From NCBI RefSeq assembly GCF_963921235.1, contig NC_086097.1:25298001-25362000 (forward strand): DNA of 64,000 bases. Direction: 5' to 3'. Under the pieces are notes generated by a model. The model saw only the letters and a program-made list of their open reading frames with translations. It was not told where the DNA came from and ran no database searches. Origin of the DNA: Mobula hypostoma. Lineage: Eukaryota. A program made the translations under genes and the position numbers. Of this stretch, positions 12,806 to 26,170 are shown piece after piece (the first letter of the stretch is position 1; every line of letters starts with the position of its first letter).

Positions 12806-12967
12806 TAAACATTCTGATTCTGATTTAAAAGGGCAGGTGGGTGGGGAAGGGAGGGTGAAGTTGGAGACAGCAAGGAGGGTGGCTGATAAACCGGAACATA
12901 AAGAGTACCAGTGCTATAATATGATGTAAGGAAATTAATGGTGGGAACCATTAGGGGAGAGGTGCAA

Positions 12968-13432
12968 GACTACAGAGAGCATTCTAATTGGCCCCATCAC
13001 CATCTGGTATAGAGACTCCAATGCACAGGATCGGAAAAAGTTGCAAAGGATTGTAAGCTCAGCCAACTCAATCACAAGCACTTGCCTTCCCAACATTGAG
13101 GACATCTTCAAAAGCCAGACCTTGAGAATGCGGGATCCATCTTTGAAGGACATGCCTTCTTCTCATTACTCCCATCAGAGGGGAGATACAGGAGTCTTAA
13201 GATGCACATTCAGTGCTTTAGGAACAGCTTCTTTCCTCTGCTGTCCTAATTCTGAATGACCAATGAACCCATGAACGCTACCTTGTTATTTTAATATTTT
13301 GCTCACTTTTTACACTATTTAATTTTAAAATATTTATTATTGTATAATAATTTTTATGTATTGAATTGTACTGCTGCCACAAAACAAATTTAACAGCTTA
13401 TGTCAATGATAATAAAACCTAATTCTGATTCA
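12968..13432 (+). mobile_element. Rex1/Babar LINE 3' end
   Basis: QDRKKLQRIVSSANSIT..LPNIEDIF and LPSEGRYRSL; (ATTCTG)n tail. Confidence 0.8.
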
Positions 13433-13960
13433 GAGATGAAACCAGATGGGTGGGGAGGGGTTTGAGGGGAAAAGCCAGTGGATGAAGTTTATGGATGGAC
13501 CAGGAGGGGGAGGGGACAAAAATGGGTGATGCGGTGGTTGGAGAGCAGGAATGGGAAAGGGAAAAAATTGGGGAACCAGGGGATGCTCAGAAGGTAAAAA
13601 AAAAACAGGACAGGGGAGGGCTGGAGGGGAACGTCCTGAAGATGAGAGCTATCTGAAATTGGAAAACTCAGTGTTCAAACCATAAGGATGTACACTACCC
13701 AGGTGGAATATGAAGAATTTTTTTTCTAGTTTATGCTGCATTTCACACCAATGGTACAGTAGGTTGAGGATGGATAAGCTCGTGAAGAATTGAAATGCAT
13801 ACAGCTGGGAGAGCTCAGAATGGCTGTTACATACTGAGCACAAGTGCTCTGAAAATCAGTTGCCAAGTCTGCACTAAGTATCACTGATGTAGATGAGGCC
13901 GTATTGTGGGTAGTGGAGGAAATGCATATGAAGCTTTATCTCACTTGGAGAGCTTCCATC
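13433..13960 (-). mobile_element. Penelope-like element fragment (GIY-YIG C-terminus + pyrimidine-rich 3' region)
   Basis: FHLGSVHPYGLNTEFSNFR matches the PLE C-terminus at 37960. Confidence 0.7.
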
Positions 13961-14094
13961 CACAGAAGGATCACCATCCATTTTGACACTGTTGTTTAAG
14001 AATAAAGATTTTCCAGGTCTAATATTGATCAAGAATAGTTTGAAATGTCTTCCCCTTGGAATACACTACAAAACTCACTTAAAGGCAGCTTATT

Positions 14095-14545
14095 AATTAG
14101 AATCAGGATCCGGATTTTTATCACTGACATTTGTTGAGAAATCTGTTGTTTTGCGGCAGCAGTGCTATGCAATACATTAAATATACCATACAAGAAAGAT
14201 AAATAAAATAAGGAATGCAAAAAGACAACAAAATAATGAGATAGTGTTCATGGGCTCATGGACCATTCATAAATCTTAAATTGGAGGGGAAGAAGATGTT
14301 CCTAAAAGGTTGAGTGTGTGTCTTCAGACTCCTGTACCTCCTCCCTGATGGTAGTAATGAGTACAGGGCAAGTCCTGGGTGGTGGGGGTCCTTAAAGTCG
14401 GATGCTGCCTTCTTGAGACATCGTGTTTTGAAGATGTCGTCGATGGTTGAGGAGCTAGTGCCCTTGACGGAACTGGCTGAGTTTACAACACTCTTCAGGT
14501 TTTTCCCGACCCTGTGGATTTGCGCCTCCATGCACAATGCAATGC
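14095..14545 (-). mobile_element. Rex1/Babar LINE 3' end
   Basis: RCLKKAAS..KDPHHPG.ALYSLLPSGRRYRSLKTHT. Confidence 0.85.
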
Positions 14546-15123
14546 AATGATTCAAAATAGCTGCCTGATTGTGCTTTTAATTACTATGGTCAACCCAGCT
14601 CGATTAACAAAACAAAACGAAGGATTCTTTTCTCATTTATCCTGCTCTGATCAGTTATACCTGCACTTTCTGTATGTTGCTAATGGCTCTTTTATGAAAG
14701 GTTAGTAATTGAACATTTGTGTACAAGAAACATTATTCAGAGTTCAACAGAATACATGAGATTGAATTAGTTCTCCCAGGCAATAGTATAAAAGACAGAA
14801 CAATTTTATAGATATTATGTTTTTACGCTAATGTGCGCACAATTTCCTCCGATAAAGAAGGGCAAGAAATATGCCACAGCCTGGATTTTCAGACACCATA
14901 TTTTTTTGCATTCAATCTAGCTAACAACACTTTCACCAACCAGGCTGTTTCCAACAAAAGGAAATCTTTGCCTCTTTGCTTCCTCAGGATATTGTCATAA
15001 AGGTCTTATAATTAACCTTCAATTGCGGTAAATCACTTAATTGATTTGACACTGGGCTTCCACTGTTCCACACTGTTGGATGATAGAAAACATTGTTGCT
15101 AACAATGACAAGCGCCTACTATT

Positions 15124-15170
15124 TTACTTAAGTCGAGAAACCCTGGCAGCCAATTGGTACACATTGGATC
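15124..15170 (-). other. Candidate exon (unidentified gene or lncRNA)
   Basis: Acceptor ttctctcattcctgattttAG in unique sequence; reads SNVYQLAARVSRLK* or IQCVPIGCQGFST*. Confidence 0.3.
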
Positions 15171-15281
15171 CTAAAATCAGGAATGAGAGAACTGGAATTG
15201 AAAATAATCTATTTCTTTTAATGCCACTTTTAATAATGCTGTTTATATTGTAAATACATGCTGGTATCTATGTACTGTATT

Positions 15282-15770
15282 TCAAAAGTTCAAAATAAAG
15301 TTATCAGTGTACGTATATGTCACCACATACTACACTGAGATTCATTTTCTTGCAGGCATTCACAGTAGAACAGAGAAATAATAGAATAAATGAAAACTAC
15401 ACTCAAAGATGGAAAATAATAAATGTGCAAAGGAAGACAAACTGCAAATAAAAGATAAATAAATAAATTAATCTATGAACGTGAGTTGTAAGGTCTTTGA
15501 AAGTGAGTCTGCAGGTTGTAGAATTAGTTCAGTTTTGAGGTGAGTGAACTTATCCACACCAGTTCAGGATTCTGATGGCTTAAGGGTAATAATTGTTTCT
15601 GAACCTGGTCACGTGGGATCTAAGGCTCCTGTACCTCCTTCCTGATGGCACAATGAGAAGAGAACATGGCTTGGATTGTAGGGAGCCCTTGATGATAGTC
15701 GCTGCTTTCTTGTGGCAGGCTTCCTGTACATATGCTCAATGGTGGGGAGGACTTTCGTTGTGATGGACAA
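15282..15770 (-). mobile_element. Rex1/Babar LINE 3' end
   Basis: Same tail family as 7157, with LVPSGRRYRSL motif. Confidence 0.75.
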
Positions 15771-17185
15771 TTATGTACATTTTATTCCACATCCATACTT
15801 CTAATTTTATTTTTATATAATTCTTTATAATTGTAGAATGTTGTTTTAGTTCCATGTCACACCAACATACCAGAACAAATTCCTAATGTATTTATAACTT
15901 CTAAATGTGTATTAGAAGTTGATCCTCCTTCTCCTCCTTTCCAGTCAGTGATGCAGCATCATATTATTACATCACAACATTATTCCATGATTCACACTAT
16001 TTACAGTTTCAATGATAACATATTCATCTCTACCTGGAACGCACTCAACCCCTATAGTGACCACGGTCCTGGAATCGATCCCACCCCCACCCCCCGCCTT
16101 TGTACCTGTGGATACTACATGCTTCTTCTCCAGGGACACACAGGCATGTGCATAACCCTGGAAGAGGGGCAGGCAATCGGCTCGGGTAAAACCATTGAGT
16201 GCCTGCTGCCTAGACCTGTGAATGCTCACCTTGGTCAGGCCCAAGAACAAACAGGGTGGTTTCCATCAGCCATGATTGAGTGACAAGGCAGACTCAAAGG
16301 CTGAATGGCCTAATCCAGCTCCTATGTCTTCTAGTCTTATGATCTTTATAATTGTCACACGTACTGAGATATAGTGAAAAACATTTGTTTGCATGCCACC
16401 GAGACAGATCATTCCATATCTAAGTGCATCAAGGTAGTAAAAAGGAAAGAATAGATTGCTACAGTTGCGAGAGCGCAGTGCAAGTAGACAAATGAATTGC
16501 AAGGCCATCGTGAGGTAGACTGGGATATCAGAAGTTCATCTTGTTGCGCACGAGAAGTCTGTTAAAGAGCAGTGAGGTAGAAGAATGAGGTAAGATCGTA
16601 GAGTCATAGAGCATTAAAAAACTTAAACAGACCCTTCAGCCCATCTAGTCTGTGTTGGCTTGGTCTTCTGCCTACTCCCATCTACTTGCACCCAGACCAT
16701 TGTCCTTCATGCCTCTCTCATCCATGCAATAACTGATTTTGAGTAAAGGATGAATATTGGCCAGAGGTTCTAGAAAGACTTCCTTGATCTTCTTCAAAAT
16801 GTGTCAATGTATCCACCAGGAGGAACAAGAAACTATAGAGGTTGGAAATCTGGAGCAACACACAAAGGAACTGGAACTCAGGGAGTAAGGCAGCATCTGT
16901 GGAGGGAAAGGGAAAGCTAAAGTTTCGGATCGACCCTAAATATGAACAACCCTGGTCGTTGTGTATCTTCTGCATCCTTTTACACATGGAAGAAGGAAAA
17001 ATGGAGGACTATGTGGGAGGGAAGGGTTAAATTGAACTTGCAGAAGGTTAAAAGGTTAGCATAACATCAAGGGCTGAAGGGCCTGTACTGTGTTCTATGT
17101 TCTTCAAACTGACAGAGGACATTGTTTCAACATCTTATTTAGAAGGTGGCACCTCCGTCAATGCAACACTGCCTCGGTACTGAAT

Positions 17186-17497
17186 TTAAAGATTAAAGAT
17201 CTTGTACATCAAAACATCGAAACATACAATGAAATATGTCATTTGCATCAATGATTAACACTGTCTGAGGATTGCAGGGGACAGCACCTAGATATCGCCA
17301 TGCTTCGAGCACCAACATAGCTTGCCCACAATGTACTAACCCATATGTCTTTGGACTGTGGCAGGAGACTGGAGCAATCTGAGGGAATCCACGTGGTCAC
17401 GGTGAGAATGTACAAACTCCTAACAGACAGCAGTGGGAATTGGACCCCAAGCGCTGGCACTGAAAACTGTCATGCTAACCATTATGCTATTGTGTCA
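17186..17497 (-). mobile_element. tRNA-derived V-SINE
   Basis: A/B-box-like head, TGT.AGGAGTTTGTACATTCTC core and (ATCTTTA)n tail. Confidence 0.75.
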
Positions 17498-17624
17498 TTG
17501 GAGTGGGATTTGAATTGAAGCTCAGATACACAGACAAGGGTGCTGCACACTGAGCACCTGCAGATACTTCAGTATCTTAAACTCTGGGAACTTGGCCCGG
17601 CACAGAGGCAAATTCCAAATCATA

Positions 17625-18492
17625 AAACATAGAAGCCTACAGCATTATACAGGCCCTTCAGCCAATGATGTTGTGCCAACCTTTTTAACCTACTCTAAGA
17701 TCAGTATAACATTTCCTTCCTCTATTATGTTCCACTTCTTGATCTTCCATGTGAACCCCCCCCCCCATATATTTTTCTCCAATCACCTTAAAATTATGCT
17801 CCCTGGTATTGGCCATTTTGCCCTGGGAAAAGTCCCTGGCTATGCATTCAACCTATGCCTCATCATCTTGTATACCTCTATCATCCTCCTTTGCTCCAAA
17901 GAGAAAAGCCCTAGAGGGCTCAACATATCCTCATAAGACACACTCTCTAATCCAGCCAGTTTCCTGGTAAACCTCCTCTGCATCCTCTCTAAAGCCTTCA
18001 CATCCTTTCTATAACAAGGCAACCAGACACAATATTCCAAGTGAATTCTAACTAGGGTTTTACAGCTCTCCAACATTATTTCGAGACTCATTCCCCCAGC
18101 TATTGAAGACCAACACACCATACACTTGCACAGCAATTTTGAGGCATCTGTGGACATGGACTCCAAGATCCTTCTGTTCCTCTACACTGTTAAGAATCAT
18201 GTTACTGACCCTGTTTTCTGCCTTCAAATTCAACCTTCCAAAAGGAATCATTTCAAACTTCTCCAGGTTGAACTTCTTCTGCCATTTCTTAGCTCAGCTC
18301 TGCATCCTATCAGTGTTCCATCAACACCTACAAAACAGTTCTACAGTATTTACAAGTCCACTAACTTTCCTGTTATCTGCAGTCTTACTAATTTATCCTT
18401 CCACTTCCCAATCCAAGTCATCGATAAAAATCAGCAGGGGTCCCAGAATAGATCCGTGCAGAACACCACTTGTCATTGACCTCCAGGCAGAA
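17625..18492 (-). mobile_element. CR1 RT C-terminus + 3' UTR
   Basis: LVRIHLEYCV and YRKDVKALERMQRRFTR. Confidence 0.85.
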
Positions 18493-18950
18493 TCGGAATG
18501 GTGTGAGGTTTAGCAGTGATGGTCTGAAATGTTATCAATCTGAAAACGACTATTAAAATTGTCAACTGCTGTTCCTGACATGATATGAAATAATTACTTA
18601 CCTCAACCCTCAAGGAGGACTTTTCATTGAAATATGCCAGTCAAATGTTGAAGAGGGTTCTTAATCTGGGTAAATGCCAGCAATCCGCAACGAACAGAGC
18701 AAAGCACCATTCATTTGTTTTACTTCCTCTAATATCGTTCCATAACAGGGCTCTCAATCGTGATCAAAGCAACAATTCCATTTTGACAAATTGCACAGAT
18801 TTGCTTAATTATTCTCCACAATTGGTCTGCAGTTGTATGAAGACAAAGCCACGGAATGCTAATGAGAACATAAAATCCACCTATATTTCTGATGTTTCCA
18901 TACTTTTGATTGTCACAGAGAAACTCCAGTAACAAGGCTAGCAAATTGTA

Positions 18951-19605
18951 GACACAAGAGATCCAGAGAAACACACAGAAAATGACGGAGCAGCTCAGCA
19001 GGTCAGGCAGCATCTATGGAGAGGAATAAACAGGCAACATTTCAGGCCAAGACCCTTCATCAGGACTGGAAAGGAAGGGGGAAGATATCAGAATAACAAG
19101 ATGGGGGGACAAGAAGGAGTACAAGCTGGAAGATGATAGATGAAACCAGTTAGAGGGAAGGTGGGTGGATGGGAGAGGGGGGGAATGAAGAAAGAAGCTA
19201 GGAGGTTGTAGGTGAAAAAGGAAAAGGGCTGAAGAAGAATGAATCTGATAGGAGTGGAGAGTGGACCATGGGAGAAAGGGAAGAAGGAGGGGCACCAGAG
19301 GGAGGTGATAAGTCGGTGAGGAGAACAGAATAGGTAAGAGGGGAGCCAGTACAGGGAATGGAAAAAGAGAGATGGGGTAGAGGGGGAGATATTACCAGAA
19401 GTCACAGAAATCGATGTTCACACTGTAAGGTTGGAGAATACTCTGGCGGAAAAAGAGGTATTGCCCCTCCAACCTGAGAGTGTCTACATCGTGACGGTAA
19501 AGGCAGCCATGGAGCAACGTGTCAGAAAGAGAAAGGGAAGTGGAATTAAAATGGGTGGCCACTGTGAGATCCTGGCTTTTGGGGCAGAGTAAAAGTGCTC
19601 CACAT
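18951..19605 (-). mobile_element. Penelope-like element 3' fragment with hammerhead motif
   Basis: VATHFNS...LRLEGQYLFFRQSILQPYSVNIDF (GIY-YIG C-terminus), followed by pLTR with CTGATGA...GAAA. Confidence 0.85.
19031..19068 (-). ncRNA. Minimal hammerhead ribozyme (mutated stem III)
   Basis: CAGTC-CTGATGA-AGG-GTCTTGG-CCT-GAAA-TGTT-GCCTG. Confidence 0.6.
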
Positions 19606-19902
19606 TCAGGGTTAGCAGGTTCCAAATGTACAATTAAACTAATTTTTAGATCCAATGGTTGGCTGGGTTTAAAAAGTCCTCAGGTGTGATTTTTAAGCTT
19701 TGAGTGGTGAAATACAGCTTTTGATTCAAATTATTTTCCTCCCCCAGTAAAGTGCAGATTTTATAGATGTCAAGCTGCCCACAAATTAGTTAGAGGTTTC
19801 CAGAATCTGAGATTTCACACAATTCATTACCTCTGGAATTAACAAATGTTCAATTAGGGTGTATTTCAGCCCCTTTGAAATATTACTGATTATTGCAGCT
19901 AA

Positions 19903-20011
19903 CCCCTCAAAATGATAGAGGAACTCAATAGGCCAGGCAGCATCTGTGGAAAAGAGTACAGTTGACTGTGTGTTGCTTGGGTTTCCAGCATCTGCAGATT
20001 TTCTTTTGTTT
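19903..20011. mobile_element. Penelope-derived mini element with 14-bp TSD
   Basis: ATTATTGCAGCTAA at 19889-19902 and 20012-20025; contains two pLTR pieces in opposite orientation. Confidence 0.85.
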
Positions 20012-20304
20012 ATTATTGCAGCTAAACCACTTTTCCTGTCACAACTGTCTTTTTTTTTTAAATATACACACACCAATTTCAAACAAATATAAACACCCAT
20101 ACAAAGCAGTAATTTTGGATCCTCAGTTGATTCAGTTTGCAGTATAGTCTTCTAGTTATCCTTTTCAGCCATCTCGACAATCTACTAAATTTACAAATGG
20201 ATAGATTGACCTTAGAGTTGATTAACAGGTCGGCACAACATCATTGGTCCAATGTCCGGTATTATGCTGTGCTGTTCCATGTTCTAAATGTTTTAAAAGT
20301 GTAT

Positions 20305-20640
20305 AGACAGCACAGAAGCAAACTGGTTAGCGTAATGCTTCCCAGCACTACTGATTGTTATTGGGTTTCAATTCACTGCTCGTAAGGAGCTTGAACATTC
20401 TCCTTGTAACCGTGTGATTTCCTCGAGGTGATCCAGTTTCCTCCCACATTCCAAAGACATATGGGTTACAGTTAATAAGTAGTGGGCATGCTATTTTGGC
20501 ACCAGAAGCCTGGTAATACTTGGGGTCTGTTCCCAGCATAAACCTTGGACTGTGTTGTTCGCTAATGCAAACAACACATTTCACTGTGTGTTCCAATATT
20601 TCAATATACAGGTGACAAATAAAGCTATCTTTACCTTTAG
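20305..20640 (+). mobile_element. tRNA-derived V-SINE
   Basis: TGGTTAGC...GTTTCAATTC head, GTTTCCTCCCACATTCCAAAGAC core and GTGACAAATAAAGCT tail. Confidence 0.8.
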
Positions 20641-21044
20641 AGTGAATGTGCTGACTGAAGATTACCACGAATTGCAGCTCCCCAGCTGATAGTCGAAATT
20701 CCTAGCACTTTGGCACTGAGAAAACATGCAATACCCCACATGATGGAAATTGCAAATATTTTGGTTGTCTAGACTGGTATCTGGTCTGAAATAGCATCAG
20801 TGACATCGAGCACAGCTCAGCATTCCAGGAGCCTCTTGGCTGGAAGATATACAGTCAAGGCCAAAGAGATCCATACAAGGTTAATAATTTATGCGTAAGA
20901 CCTGCCTTTAAAAATCAACTCTTCATTTATGAAAAAAATTATACTTTAAATCTGCTTGAGAATGAGTATTGTAAAATAAAGGAAGATACTTCTATCATCT
21001 ATTTTTATTACATATATTGAGGTTCACAGAGAAAGGAGAGTTAG

Positions 21045-21497
21045 ACCATAAGACATAAGAACAGAATTAGGCCATTTAGCCCATTGAGTCTGCTCCATCA
21101 TTCTATCATGGCTGATTTATTATCCCTCTCAAACCCAATCCCCTGCCTTCTCCCCATAGTCTTTGATGCCCTGATTAATCAAGAACCTGTTTTAAATATA
21201 CCCCCATGACTTAGTCTCCACAGTAATAAATTCCACAGATTCAACACACGCTGGCTTAAGAAATTCCTCCTCATTTCTGTTCTAAAGGGACATCCTTGTA
21301 CTCTGAGGCTGTATCGCTGGTCCTAGACTCCCCCACTATTGGAAACATCCTCTCCACATCCTCCCTGTCTAGACCTTTCAATATTTGATAAATTTCAATA
21401 AGATACCCCTCTTATAAACTCCAACGAGTACAGACCTAGAGCCATCAAATGCTCCTCATATGTTAACCCTTTCATTCCTGGCATCATTCCTCTGGAC
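21045..21497 (-). mobile_element. CR1 3' fragment (continues 22707-22765), interrupted by hAT
   Basis: CR1 3' UTR with (TCTTATG)n tail and LGLYSLE motif. Confidence 0.8.
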
Positions 21498-22698
21498 CAG
21501 GGGTCCCCAACCGTTTAATATTGACAATATTCTTGCAGACTGGCCGACCAGGGTGGGGGAGGGGGTAGGGTTGCCAACGAACAAGAGTAGCAGTCAAATG
21601 CGTTGTTTACCCAAAAGACTACAATGACCATGAAGCCTTGCGCAGGCACCAATGCGCATACGCGTTGTGACCTGCTGATTCCACCCCCCCCCCCCCGCCC
21701 CAGCAAATCCTTTTTGACAATTCTATTTGTGGGGTTGGGTGTTAATCACTACCGGAATATAGGTGATAAATGGGTAATACACTCAATTTTGTTTCTAAAA
21801 GGGTTTATCTAACGAATTTAATATTAAACACACAGCGCATATTTTCCTCGCATGGATATAATGATAAGTCAATTATCAGGGGAGCTTGAAGTGTTGAATG
21901 AACTTCCAGTAGAAGTGGCAGAAGCAGGTTCGATATGATCATTTAAAGAAGTATTGGATAGGTACATGGACAGGAAAGGAATGGAAGGTTATGGGCTGAG
22001 TGCAGGTCGGCGGGACTAGGTGAGAGTAGCGTTCAGCACGGACTAGAAGGGCCGAGATGGCCTGTTTCCGTGCTGTAATTGTTATACAGTTATATAGGTC
22101 ACTTATAAGTCAATAGCATCATAACATTTTAAGTAATATTTGGATCTTAAACACACAGCACATATTTTCCCCGTATGAATATATAAAATCATTGCAACAC
22201 ACCAATATCGCTGAATCAGTGGGAGCCCTGGGCTTGTTTCCCTGCAACAACACCATCCTATCGAGGGGTGATGGGAGACATTGATACTCGAAGGGGGTTC
22301 CTGATGTCCAGTCTATTCCGCAGTTTAGTTTTCGTTGCATTCATTGCAGAAAACTCCGCTTCGCAGAAAATTGTTGGAAATGAAAGCAACGTTTTCAGTG
22401 CTTTCGTGGCTATCTCAGGATATTTAGCCTTGACTTTGATCCAAAATGCCGACAAAGATGTTATGCCAAACATACTTTTCAGGCCATTGTCATTTGCAAG
22501 CTCGAGGAGTTGATCGCCTTCCCGCCCTGACACGGATGACGCGCGGGTCATGACCTCGCATGCGTAATGGCTGATCAGTGGCCGTGACAGGGAATGAGGA
22601 AAGGTGCAGCTGACCAAATCATATCGCTTCCTCGCGGCCCGGTAGCGCATGCTCTGCGGCCCGGTATCGGTCCGCGGCCCGGTGGTTGGGGACCGCTG
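21498..22698 (-). mobile_element. hAT (Charlie-type) internally deleted transposon
   Basis: TIRs CAGGGGTCCCCAACC / GGTTGGGGACCGCTG; 8-bp TSD CTCTGGAC (21490-97, 22699-706); hATC dimerisation fragment FWIKVKAKYPEIATKALKTLLSFPTIFCEAEFSAMNATKTKLRNRL. Confidence 0.93.
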
Positions 22699-23233
22699 CT
22701 CTGGACCATCTCCAATGTGAGCGCATCCTTTCATAGATAAGGCACCCAAAACTGCCCCTTGTGTTATGCTAATCTGGAAAGCACTGGTAAATGGCAATGG
22801 AAACAGTTTTAATAATGGCTTCAAAAAGAGAGTTGGGTAAAAGCCTGAGGGATTCATGGGACAGGAAAATACTGCAGGGATGCAGTGGACTAGGAGAGTG
22901 GAATTCATGGGACAGTTTTTTCAAAGAGCTAGCACAATGACAATGGCATGAAAGGCATCTCCTGATTCTAGTATCTGTAGACACATCATGTTAAATCATG
23001 TGATATTTTCAGCATTTTGCTTCACACAGAGGACAATGAATAATGGGTATTTGGTTTATCAGTGTCATACACACCAAGATACAGTAAAGATTTGATTGCG
23101 TGCCATCCAGACTGATCACTCCATACAGAAGTAGATCAAGGCAGTACAAAAGGAAATGTAATAAAAATGCAAAATACAGTGAACAGTTACAGAGAAAGTA
23201 GGTTTACAAGTAGATGATGTAATATGCAATATT

Positions 23234-26153
23234 AATGTAAGGAAGGACAAGTCAGTGATTGGGTGCAAATGCAGACAGAGCAAAGAGTTAAGTTGTACCA
23301 CTGAGGCAAAATTAAAAAGGGCAAAGAATGCAGGACTGAAGGTGCTGTATTTAAATGCACGTAGCATTCGGAATAAGGTGGACGAACTTGTGGCGCAATT
23401 AGGGATTGGTCAGTATGGCACTGTGGGCATCACTGAGTCATGGCTGAAAGAAGGTCATAGTTGGGAGCTTAACATCAAAGGATATACCTTGTATAGAAAG
23501 GACAGGCATAGGTGGTGGTGTGTCTCTATAGGTGAGAGTTGGAATTATAGCTTTAGAAAGAGGTGACAGGGTCAGGGAATGTCGAATCTTTGTGGGTGGA
23601 GTTTTTAAAAAAACTGCAAGGGTTAAAAAAAATATTATGGGAATCATATATAGGCTGCCGTATGGTAGCCAAGATGTGGGGTTGAGATTGCAAAAGGACC
23701 TGGAAAGGGCAAGTAATAAGGATAATGTCAGAATTGTTATGGGGGACTTCAATATGAAAGGCAATTGGGAAAATCAGGTTGGTGTTGGATCCCAAGAGAG
23801 GGAATTTGTTGATTGCCTATGAGATGGCTTTTTAGAGCACTGCTGCTCGAGCCTGCTCAGGGAAAGGCTATCTTAGATTGGGTGCTGTGTAATAACCCAG
23901 ATTATATTAAGAAGCTTAATGTAAAGGAACCCTCAGGAGGCAGAGATCATAATATGATTGAATTCATGCTGCAATTTGAGAGGGAGAAGCATAAGTCACA
24001 TGCATCAGTATTGCAATGGAATAAAAGGAATTACAGAGGCCTGAAACAGGAGCTTGCCCAGGTGGATTGAAGAGGGATACTGGCAGCGATGACAGCAGAA
24101 GTTTCTGGGAATAGTTCACAAGGCGCAGGATAGATATGTCCCACAGAAGAAGTTGTTCTCAAATGGCAGGGCTAGGCAACTGTGGTTGACAAGGGAAGTT
24201 AAGGACTGCATAAAAGCCAAGGAAAGGGCATATAAGGTAACAAAAGTGAGTGGGAAGTTGGATGATTGGGAAATCATCCAACAAAATCCAAAAAAAGACA
24301 ATTTAAAAAGCTATAAGAAGGGAAAAGATTAAATACTAGGGCAACATAAGCCAATAACATAAGCAGGATGCTAACAGTTTTTTCAGTTATATAAGGAATA
24401 AAAGGGAGGCGAGAGTTGATATCAGACCACTGGAAAATGATGCTGGAGGTAGTAATGGGGGACAAGGAAATGGCAGATGAACTTAATAAGTATTTGGCTT
24501 TTAGTCCTTACCGTGGAGGACACTAGCTCTGTACCAGAGATCCGTGAGTGTCAGGGATCAGGAGTGAGTGCCATTACTACTACAAAGGAAACAGTGCTAG
24601 GTACACTCAAAGTTTTTAAGATGGATAAGTCACCTGGACCAGATGGACTACATCCCAGAGTCCTGAAAGAGGTTTCTGAAGAGATAACGGATGCATTGGT
24701 CATGATCTTTCAAGAATCACTTGATTCTGGCATGGTCCTGGAGGACTGGAAAATTGCAAATATCATTCCACACTTTAAGAAGGGAGAAAGGTAAATTATA
24801 GGCCAGTTAGCCTAACCTCAGTGGTTGGGAAAGTGTTAGAGTTAATGTTGAGGTTTCGGGAGACTAATGATAAAATAAAGTCAGCATAGTTTCTGTAAAG
24901 GGAAATCTTGCCGAACAAATCTGTTGGAATTCTTCGAAGTAACAAGCAGGGTGGACAAAGAAGAGGCAGTGGATATCATTTATTAGATTTTCAGAAGGCA
25001 TTTGATAAGGTGCCTCACACAAGTCTGCTTAACAAGATAAAATCCTATGGTGTTACTGGAAATATACTGGCATGGATAGAGAAATGGCTGACAAGCAGGA
25101 GGCAGCAAGTGGGAATACAGGGGGCCTTTTCTGATTGGCTGCCAGTGACAAGTGGTGTTCCTCAGGGGTCAGTATTGGGACCGCTACTTTTCACATTGTT
25201 TGTCAATGATTGAGATAGTGGATTTGATGGCTTTGTGGCAAAGTTTGCAGATGATACAAAGATAGGTGGATGGGGTAGGTAATGCTGAGGAAGCAATGCG
25301 ATTGCAGCAGGTCTTGGACAAATTGGCAGAAAGGGCAAAAAAAGGGAATACACTGTTGGAAAATATATGATAACGTATTTTAGTAAAAGGAACAATAGTG
25401 CAGACTATTATCTAAATGGGAAGAAAATTCAAACGTCAGAGGTGCAATGTGACTTAGGAGTCCTTGTGCAAGACTCCCAGATGGATCATTTACAGGTTGA
25501 GTCTGTGGTAAAGAAGACAAATGCAATGTTGGCATTTATTTCAAGGGAAGTAGAATATAAAAGCAAGGAGATAATACTGAGGCTCTATAAGATACTAGTC
25601 AGGCCGCACTTGGAGTATTGTCAACAGTTTTGGTCTCATATCTCAGAAAGGATGTGTTTTTTATTACAGAGAGTCTAGAGGAGGTTCACGAGGATGATTC
25701 TGGGAATGAAGGGGTTAACATATGAGGAGTATTAGGCAGCTTTGGGCCTGTACTCACTGGAATTTAGAAGTACACGTGGGGATCTCATTGAATCCTACCG
25801 AATGTTAAAAGGATGTGGAGTGGATGTTTTCTCTGGGGGGGGGGGGTATCCAGGACTAGAGAGCACATTCTCAAAATTGAGGCATGACCTTTTAGAACAG
25901 AAGTAAGGAAGAATTTTTTTTACCAAAAAGTGGTGAATCTGGCTAATGCTCTGCCGCAGATTGTGGTTGAGGCCAGGTCCATGGGTATACTTAAAGCGGA
26001 AGTTGATAGATTCCTGATTGGTCAGGGCATCAAGAGATATGGTGAGAGGGCAGGTGTATGGGGTCAAATGGGATCCGGGATCAGCCATGATGAAATGGAG
26101 GAATAGACTCGATGGGCTGAATGGTCTAACTCTGCTCCTATGTCTTATGGTCT
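23234..26153 (+). mobile_element. CR1 LINE, ORF2 (APE + RT) to 3' tail, decayed
   Basis: [41 protein letters not shown] and [21 protein letters not shown] tail. Confidence 0.93.
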
Positions 26154-26170
26154 AAAGTGCAGTGCAGGTG

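Noticed and set aside
19830..19902. Possible minus-strand exon ending GAG|gtaatg
   Set aside because: There is no convincing acceptor, and the upstream sequence is interrupted by a TSD-flanked insertion.
22258..22908. 216-aa ORF as a domesticated hAT gene (ZBED/SCAND3-like)
   Set aside because: Only the hATC fragment is real. It lies inside TIRs with a TSD, and the ORF crosses the element boundary.
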